Below are positions 56,441 to 64,000 of a stretch of DNA of 64,000 nt, one piece after another. A program made the position numbers and the translations under genes. The notes below the pieces were generated by a model that worked only from the letters and a program-made list of their open reading frames with translations, had not been told where the DNA came from and did not search any database. The stretch is from Eutreptiella sp. 'Long Island Sound 2002' (taxonomy: Eukaryota; Protista; Euglenida): assembly GCA_964036045.1 (NCBI GenBank), contig OZ038378.1, forward strand, positions 158,596,001-158,660,000, written 5' to 3'. How positions within the stretch are numbered: position 1 is the stretch's first letter; the number at the start of each line of letters is the position of its first letter.

Positions 56441-56803
56441 CTACGCGTTCATTGCCCGGGATCCCCTAGTGGGAAAGGGGACTAGTCCCATCGCGATTAC
56501 ATGTTGCATCCGCTTATGGACTCGACAAACCACCCCATCGATCCAGCCAAGTGCCTGAGCGGCCCACACAGCCATGTTGTAACCCCGCAAGGTTGACTGA
56601 TGCTCTCCGGCCCCCGCCTTGGCAACCAAGAACTCCGCCAGGACCTTAGTTAGCGACGAGGTCCCCATTCTCTCTTGGAACTCAGCAAGCTTGGCCAACT
56701 TCTGAGCGTACGCTCTACGGGTTCTAGGTTGCCACGATTCGTTGGCCCAAGCATTTAGATCGTAGGGTTCGTCCATGGTCCCACGAGGTAGCACTGGGAC
56801 CAA
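56441..56803 (-). pseudogene. Tyrosine recombinase N-terminal fragment (DIRS/Ngaro-like relic)
   Basis: SWQPRTRRAYAQKL...VLAEFLVAK...STLRGYNMAV resembles the core-binding domain of retroelement YRs; catalytic residues not recoverable. Confidence 0.45.
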
Positions 56804-57769
56804 ATCCGGCGATAAGAGCGCTCACAATCTCTTGTCGTAGACCCCGAGGTGGTGATGCAACCGTCCGTGGTTGCGCAGCGTAGGGTAGCGTAGCGTACCC
56901 CGCCCCCTCCACGCGGTCCCTTTGGCTCCAATGGGGAAATTGGAAATGCCACTGCTTGGCTGGGAGGGCAGTCTCCTTCTGCACGCAACGGGGCCAATAA
57001 GCAGTTGGCCTCTCCAAGGTGGGCCCTACTCTCTGCATGTGTGTTGCGCCACTGCCCATTCATTATGTCTCTCCCTACCTCCCTCCTCCCTCTACTTTGT
57101 GTTTCTTGATGGATAGGGGGTGATTCGCATGCAACATGTACTTGTGCCTTTTCCTTCTACTGACTCGTGCTCACGTGACTCGCTAGGCGCTTACATTTGT
57201 GGAACACGAATGTGACGGCGTTGTGGAACCTCCTCAGTCCACATCTGGCCCCACTTCGTGTGTTGTTGGTGTCGGCATGGGCGCCGGGCCTCATTGTGTA
57301 TATGAGGGGGAGCATGGGCCGTAATTGCATGTGCTCTCCGAAGGAGTGTCACTCGCTCTAGTTTGTTTTGGTGCGCATGCACAGATAGGGCTACTGTGTG
57401 AGGGAGGGCTTTGGAGCCCGAGGGACGAGTGCGGGGACTCACTGATGCCAGAAAGCATGGTGATAGTGGTGCCTCGTGTGCCGAAGCAAGGTGGGGGAGT
57501 GCGACCACAATGTGAGATGTCATCCGATGCACTAGACAAATACTCAATGTTGCTTTGGGGCCGCTTTGGGGCCGTGCTTGTGTCACAGTGGAGATGGTAT
57601 CATCTTGTGATGTGGGGGTCAGGGGTCACATATTGTCATCATGGGGTCCAAGTTAGGGTGTGAAGAAAATTAGCTCACAGTGGATGCTGACGGGGCAAAA
57701 GGGGAGGGGGGGGGGTCATCATCCAAATCAGTGGCGCAAGGAGAAGGAGTGGCCAAGTGGCAAGTATCA

Positions 57770-58927
57770 TCATGATACAAAGGGATTTGCCAATCCGCCT
57801 TCCTCAGCTAGATCATTGGCCGCCTCGTTGCCTGGAATTCCATGGTGTGTGGGCATGTGCATCGATTCGAGAGTGTCAATATGTGTATTGATGAGTTGCA
57901 GTAACATGTGCCATAGCCCTGCGTGTGAAACTAGATCAATTGCCGTGCGCCAACCCCGTGCCTTCCATTTGCATGCACGCATTGTGGCCCCTTTGAAAAC
58001 CCATTGAGAGTCACTAATAACAACGAGGTTTTTATTTAGAGATTTATGCAGCAGATGATGATGGCAGCAAGTAACTCCGCCACTTGGTTGGTTTGAATGT
58101 GGTGTGGTGGCATGAGACTCGCAAATGTCCACAGTTGTTCGATAAAATGCCAAATCCCCCATGTAGCCTTTTGTCGGGTGGAACTTGGAAGAGCCATCCG
58201 TGTAGCAAAGAAGTGCATCTCTGTGCTGAAGAGTGATGAGCACCTTTTTAAATTGCACCGCCGCCTGCTCTTTGCGCACCTGTCTGCTTGTTTCTTTTAT
58301 TTCCGCCGCGAAGTGAAGGGTAGGAACTCGTGTGTATCAAAGGAGGGCCGCCGAAAGAGGCATGTCGGCTTGAGGTGTAGGCCACAATCCAAAAATAGAG
58401 CTTAAAGGCGCCAAGGGGGTTCGCTTGGTGATCATTGGTTGCTACCCAGCCAACAAGCGGTGCCAGGCTATCAGTAGGTGGTCCCATGAGTGGGCTTGAC
58501 TGCGATGTTTCATAGCTCGTGTAGCTCGTGTAGACGTGTTGGCCAGAGCGGCTAACTAGGCAAGGACCCCTCTCGTGTGCGACGGTGTAGAACACATGGC
58601 ATTGTCAAGCACAAAGATCACTGTGCAATGGGTGGTGTCATTGATGGTCAAAGGGAAGATTGTTTTGTCAATGAGACGAAACAAAACTTGCGGTTGCTTG
58701 CATTCATACAATACATGGCGAAGGGGTTCAGGTTGGTGATCCAACGGGCAGACGTGCTCCGCCCATTTCCCGTGCTTGAGTCTGCGACCTATGGGGAGCT
58801 TGTCCCAAAGTGCAAACAGTGTTTGTTGCTTGTGCTGCTCAGGGGCGGGTAGCGCATGCCATGACCTCCAAAGGTCAATTGTGTGCTGGGTATGGACCCC
58901 TTTGTTAGGGGAGAGCACGTTGGCCAC
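57770..58927 (-). pseudogene. Degenerate second LINE family: zf-RVT (58556-58927) and RNase H (57770-58279)
   Basis: LWDKLPIG...CPLDHQPEPLRHVLYEC; YTDGS, QVAEL, ISDSQWV, GIPGNEAANDLA; same order as 31738-33438. Confidence 0.8.
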
Positions 58928-59462
58928 ACGCCTTGTGGACCATGGCTTCCAGAATTAGGGAAGGTGGTATGGTTGCGGATATTTGCCTTTTGCAGAGGAA
59001 ATACACTTGTGTGCAAGCCTATAAATGGATTTGTATATGTGTGGAAGCATATGTTTGTGGTGGGAGGGCACTTGTGAAAAATTGCAGCACACCTTGTCTA
59101 ATGAGGCGTGGGCACTCCCCACTACCACATGTTTTATTGCTCAAACAGGTGCAACACCCTATCTCATAGTAAACGGGATGTTTCAGAGTTAGAGTCCAAG
59201 GGATTATCGTTGCACTATGTGGGCACTGCGTGCATACTTGGTAAGCCCCAACAAATAAGAAACCCTCTAAAACCACCCACCACATGTGGTGCTCTATGGT
59301 GCTTGGACATCGTGCCAAGCACCGAAGAGGCTAGAAAAGTCCTCCCTCTACTACAATATAACAACTTGGTTGACCCAATTCGAGTGGAAGGCCAAGGGGT
59401 AGCACTGGCAAAGGCATAATAATTTGCAAAATTGGTCCTTTGATTGGGGCTAACAAAGTATA

Positions 59463-59833
59463 CCCCCCCCCCCCCTATCCTAGCTACGCAAAAGTCCCAA
59501 ATTAATACAGTCCCTAGGCCTACTATAGCTTGGACAAGGGCGTAGCTTGCGCGCAACACATACAACTACCGGCACACATGTGAGTGAGCGCATGGTATGA
59601 TATGGTGCACAAATATCCCCAAAATCACAGCTATGTGGGTTCAAGTGGGCAAACACGCACAGCAAATGTGTCCATGACTCTATGTAACTGGTGAATTTGT
59701 CACCAAACCCATGTCTTATGTGGCTGCACTACATTTGGTACCGAACTAAATTAAGGCCCAAATTAATATGGTCCCTAAGCCTACTGTAGCTTGGACAAGG
59801 GCGTAGCTAGGACAAGGCGGGGGGGGGGGGGGG
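59463..59833. mobile_element. Intact pogo-family MITE, 371 bp, TA TSD
   Basis: TA|(C)nTATCCTAGCTACGC...GCGTAGCTAGGACAAGGC(G)n|TA; interior matches the subterminal regions of 29125-34674; provides the empty-site reference for the LINE insertions. Confidence 0.9.
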
Positions 59834-60098
59834 TAAGTAGCCAAGTCACCCCCTCCGAGTAAACCATCAACAAACGTGCTTGTCTCTAGGCTACAAGCAA
59901 GGGTGACCACATTGGGCTTGACATTTGGTGAAATTGGTGAAAATTGAGATTCTGGAGTGAAGAAGGTGAAGCCAACAATATAGGGACCTAGTCTTCATAC
60001 AGTTGTGCAAAGTCCATATGACAAACCCCTCAACACCAATCAAACACCCTTTCCATGCCCTTCCGCTCAAATTCTCATCACATGGATGCCACCAATAA

Positions 60099-60700
60099 GA
60101 TCAAGACTTACAACTGGGACTGAGCTAGGTCCTAGTCTGGCTCAATGCATAGGTAATCGCCATGGAACAAAAATGGGTTGCGTTGGATGTGGTCCTGCAC
60201 GTTCAGGACGATCATCCTGAAAAACGGCTGAAAAACGGCTCATTTTCACCTCAAAATGGACCACCGCATGGCACCAAGGCGTGGGAGATGCCTCATTGAA
60301 CACCCATTTGCAATGGTTTGATAGCCCAATCGCCATGGAAGAAGAACAGCATTCATTAGAGATGCCTACTTCGCGCACTGGCAATCATCCTGGACTTTCC
60401 AGGCGATCGTCCTGAAAACAGGCTGAAACTGGCCATTTTTGGACACTAAATTGGGTGTAGAACAGGCTGAACGTCTCAAAATGGCACAAAACTTGTTACC
60501 ATTGATGTGCACTTACTCTGCGGTCGTTTTGAGCTACTTCGATGCCGGTTTGGAGCCACGGTGTCCCCGAAAAGAATTTTTACTCGCCTGCTTGCTGCTG
60601 CTGCTTGCTGCTCTACTGCTGCTACTGCTAAAATGTGTTGCTCACCCTGGACCACAGGAGGGGTTCCAAAACCTCGACAGGGTAAACCCAGCTCGGTAAT
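60099..60700 (-). repeat. ~600-bp dispersed repeat, copy 2 (inverted relative to 6877-7480)
   Basis: See copy 1. Confidence 0.85.
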
Positions 60701-62535
60701 TAAGCTGACTTTCTACCCAACAAACTCTTCAGCTTGTGGTGCAAACCCAAAACTAGGGTTGGAGTAGTTGCCCACAGAAAATTGTGGCATTGTGTGCATA
60801 GTACATGGGCACTGCATAAATGGAATTCCCCTAAACGAAACCATGACTGGAAAACCAAATTCAGAAAAACCTTGCAATCTGAACTTTGCTCTGAACCCTC
60901 CAACACACCTCAAGAGGATGCACATGACAAAGCGATGTGGAGACCAGATCACACCTAATGCAGGCCCAATGTGTGAAGATGCAAACCCAAAAATGCGGAG
61001 TCCCAGGAAACCTGCATAAGCTATTCTGTGGGAGGGCGTGCTGCCTGTGCATATCAACAAGACCCTAACCCTACAAGCCCCCCACTCCAGGATGCTATCT
61101 TCAATTCTGCTGGTGCCCGAAATCAAGTTCACTTGAAACTGTTTGGAGTCCAACATGGAAAACATCAAAGTCAAATCCTCTGAAATGAGGAAGCGGGATC
61201 TAAATAAGACTGCCCAGAGAGCTTCGCCGATATGGACCATGGGCATCGACAGGGCCAGAAACAAAAAAGCGGTGCAACGGAACATGCTTTCTTTTATTGC
61301 ATTCATTAGTCTTGTAACTTTGTGGCCCCCCTCTCAAAAGAAGTTCAGGGGCTTGAGAAGGAGCCCCTGGATTTTAACAATCGCTTTGGTTTGTTGCTGA
61401 CACCCAGGGTTGAGGATTACCATGCTTCCAATTGTTGGCTGGGATGTGGATGCTGAGGGCAGCACTGCTGATGTGGCACGCAACGAGCACTCCACGGCCA
61501 CTCATATGGGCTACTTCTTACTCCCACTTTGCACTGCTGCTGGTGGTGTGGTGACTTTTCCCCCGCGCCGTTGCCGCCCTGTCACCCCCTTGTTACTACC
61601 CTGTCAATTTTTTTTTGCCTAGCATTGCCCTCCTGTCCAAAGTACCCTGTTATCCCAGTGTCGCATCCCTTTACCTCTCTGTCACCCTCCTGCATCTCCT
61701 TATTGCGCACCTGTTGCTCCCCTGCTGCTCCCCGGCTGCTCCCCTACCGCTCCCGGTCGCAGCCCTGTTGCCTCTGGCTTGTTCTGCCTCATTTTGCCTC
61801 ATTTTGTTGCGTGCTTTCACCCAGATTGTGAGCAGAACGGGCAAGTGTGCATCCACAAGAAGAAGTAGTGCCACCAATGCCGACATATGTAAACAATAAT
61901 AATACCAGTGGCAATGCAAGAAACCATAGATGAGTGGCTTTGGTGATAAAAATGATCTGAGGGCAAATGCTCACTCCTGTAGCGGACAGGGCATTCCAAT
62001 CACAAATCTGGGTTCTTATGCTGGCGCGACGTGCATCTGTGTCACCCTAATCAGCAAAGCGCTGAGCAGGGAGAGGTTAGGCGACAAAAGTTGTGCATAA
62101 CTGGGGGGGGGACAGAAAATTTCATGGGAGGAGAGGTGACAAGGGGTAGCTGGACAGGGGAAGAAGTGGGCGAAGTGGTAAAAAAAAATGGATCCTCAGC
62201 GAGTCTCTCTCTTCTGTTGCCGTCAACTTCAGCGCTGGCCTCAGCTCAGTCCAATCTGCTTTTGGCACCAGAAAATTTCCTGATGCAACTTGTCTGTTCG
62301 CGTGGGTGTCAGAAAAGGCCACTCGACAGCAATTATTACTTCCAACCACCCTCAATTCCCCGTCAGCACCAGGCCACATCCCCTGGCAAAATACTTCTGA
62401 GCCCTTCACCAAAGTACATCGAAAATTTCAGAAAACAATGACACTGCTAGTGCCGCGTCAAATGCCCCCCCCCCCCCTTCAAAAAAATAACCTACGGCTA
62501 GCCGTGCATTATTCCTTAAATACCCATGAGCCATT

Positions 62536-62885
62536 GGGGGAATGTTTGCCCAGCATGCGCCCGGCGCATCCCCGGCGCGATACCTTTGTATTAAGTATCC
62601 TATCTCTAGCCCTAGGGAAATCCCCCAAGTAGACCGCACTAGACCGCAAACCTTCCCTGGAAGGCACCTTGCATAGGCCGAAATATGAGAATTCAACAAC
62701 ACAAAATGTCACTCCCACTACTTCCAACCACCACCCTTGCCATCATCATAAACTGGGTACAAAGGATGGGCCAGATTCTTAGACACGGCGAGAAGGTACT
62801 CCAAATTGTTTGGTCAGGGGTGGCAAAAACAGGCACGGGTGGGGGATGGTTAAAAAAAAGCTGCCCGGCGCGCTAATACACCCCC
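62536..62885. mobile_element. Harbinger-like MITE (deletion derivative of the 35930-37980 family), ATT TSD
   Basis: ATT|GGGGG...CCCCC|ATT; blocks match ~35960-36120, ~37240-37320 and ~37950-37975. Confidence 0.7.
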
Positions 62886-64000
62886 ATTGAAACCAGTTGT
62901 ACTGACAAATCACACTGTAGTTTGGCACGTGCGCGCAATGCTCAGACCAAGCACCCCATACCCACCCTTCTGACACCACATCCTCCCCACTCCCCTCCAT
63001 TCGTTGGCATTGTGGACTCGATCGCCCTTGAATCACGCAGGAAAGGACCACTAGCGACTGCTGTTGGAGACCCGCCAACCTAAATCGATCCATCAGCAAC
63101 ACCTTCACTGAATGACCAAGTGCTCAATGAATCCGCCGTCAGTCCAGAGCGAGTGCAGGCAGTTTACCAAAAACACAAAATCCTTAATCATGAGGCCTGC
63201 CCTGTCTCCGACCCTTCCTGAGATCCCTCACCCCCGCCTGCTTCCCAGCTTACGGCCACACTGACAGCATGCATCTGCTTGCATTCATCAGGTTCTTTTA
63301 TTCTTTTTGGGTTCAGACCAAGATGGGCTGGCGTAGCCCGCTCACTTCACAGTACTCGAGACAACCTCTTGGAATCAAGGTTCAGAGCTGCCCAGTGCTA
63401 CGATGATCCCACAAATGACTGTGGTAGCGGATCTGACACGTAGTGTGGATTAACTGAGTCTCAAACCAGGTTATGCACTGGGAGACTGCCAAGCCCGTAG
63501 GCTGGCTTGCATTCATCAGGTCCTCATTTGTGCACCTGCCCTGCCATCCCACTTAAATTACCCCCGCCCTCTTTTTTGCAGTCTAAGGTAATCTGAGATT
63601 GGCCTGCCACACGGGGGGGGGGGGGGGGATCGAGGCCACTGCTTCAACAAGGCCCACTGGACAGGCACACTTGCCCTGCCATGCATCGCAACATGCCTCC
63701 TTGTCTTCCTGCTCAACCAGGCAACAAAAACGCCACCATCTGCCGAGCAGCCTCTCAGCAAGTGCTGTTTTGTTTGTCTGCATCTCTTCTGCTTCACTGG
63801 TGTTAGTTAGGACTTGGGTCAAGAACTAGAGGCCTTTAATGAGAATTCAGGAACTGGAGGCATTTATTGAGAATTGGTTTGAACTTTGGGCCACACAGAG
63901 TTACAATGATGGTTTTTTTTTGGGGGGGGGGGTCGTGGATGTGTGTGTCTTCGTGCTTGCACTCGTGTGTGTGTGTCTCCGTGAAGATGTGCTTCACAAT

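Noticed and set aside
60713-61306. 197-aa ORF as an RT fragment
   Set aside because: No ordered RT motifs; resemblance is anecdotal.

Overview
Eukaryotic, transposon-dense genomic DNA. The host looks euglenozoan: introns are GT-AG, and polypyrimidine-AG acceptor-like sites lie 2-9 nt before many start codons, as expected for spliced-leader trans-splicing (inference). Three host genes are supportable, all on the minus strand: a six-exon, ~631-aa membrane-anchored protein with two tandem Methyltransf_24-like SAM methyltransferase domains (27455-9249); an intronless ~201-aa hypothetical protein; and a two-exon BolA. The rest is nested mobile DNA: an LTR retrotransposon (gag-UGA-protease, running off the left edge); a near-intact Penelope-like element (PLE) with endonuclease-first (GIY-YIG, CxC, RT) order; a pogo-like transposon and its MITEs; RNase H-bearing L1/Tx1-like LINEs; hAT, Harbinger-like and tyrosine-recombinase relics; several MITEs; and a Helitron-like tRNA-carrying element. 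Strongest novel-looking signal: both 243-bp pseudo-LTRs of the PLE contain a complete hammerhead ribozyme core in permuted (type II) order with a palindromic stem III. The same PLE has a five-knuckle Gag-like ORF1. Other highlights are the UGA-CGG gag-pol junction followed by a possible Dam-like methylase, and retroelements repeatedly inserted into the ends of one DNA-transposon family. All calls were made by eye; no database searches were run.
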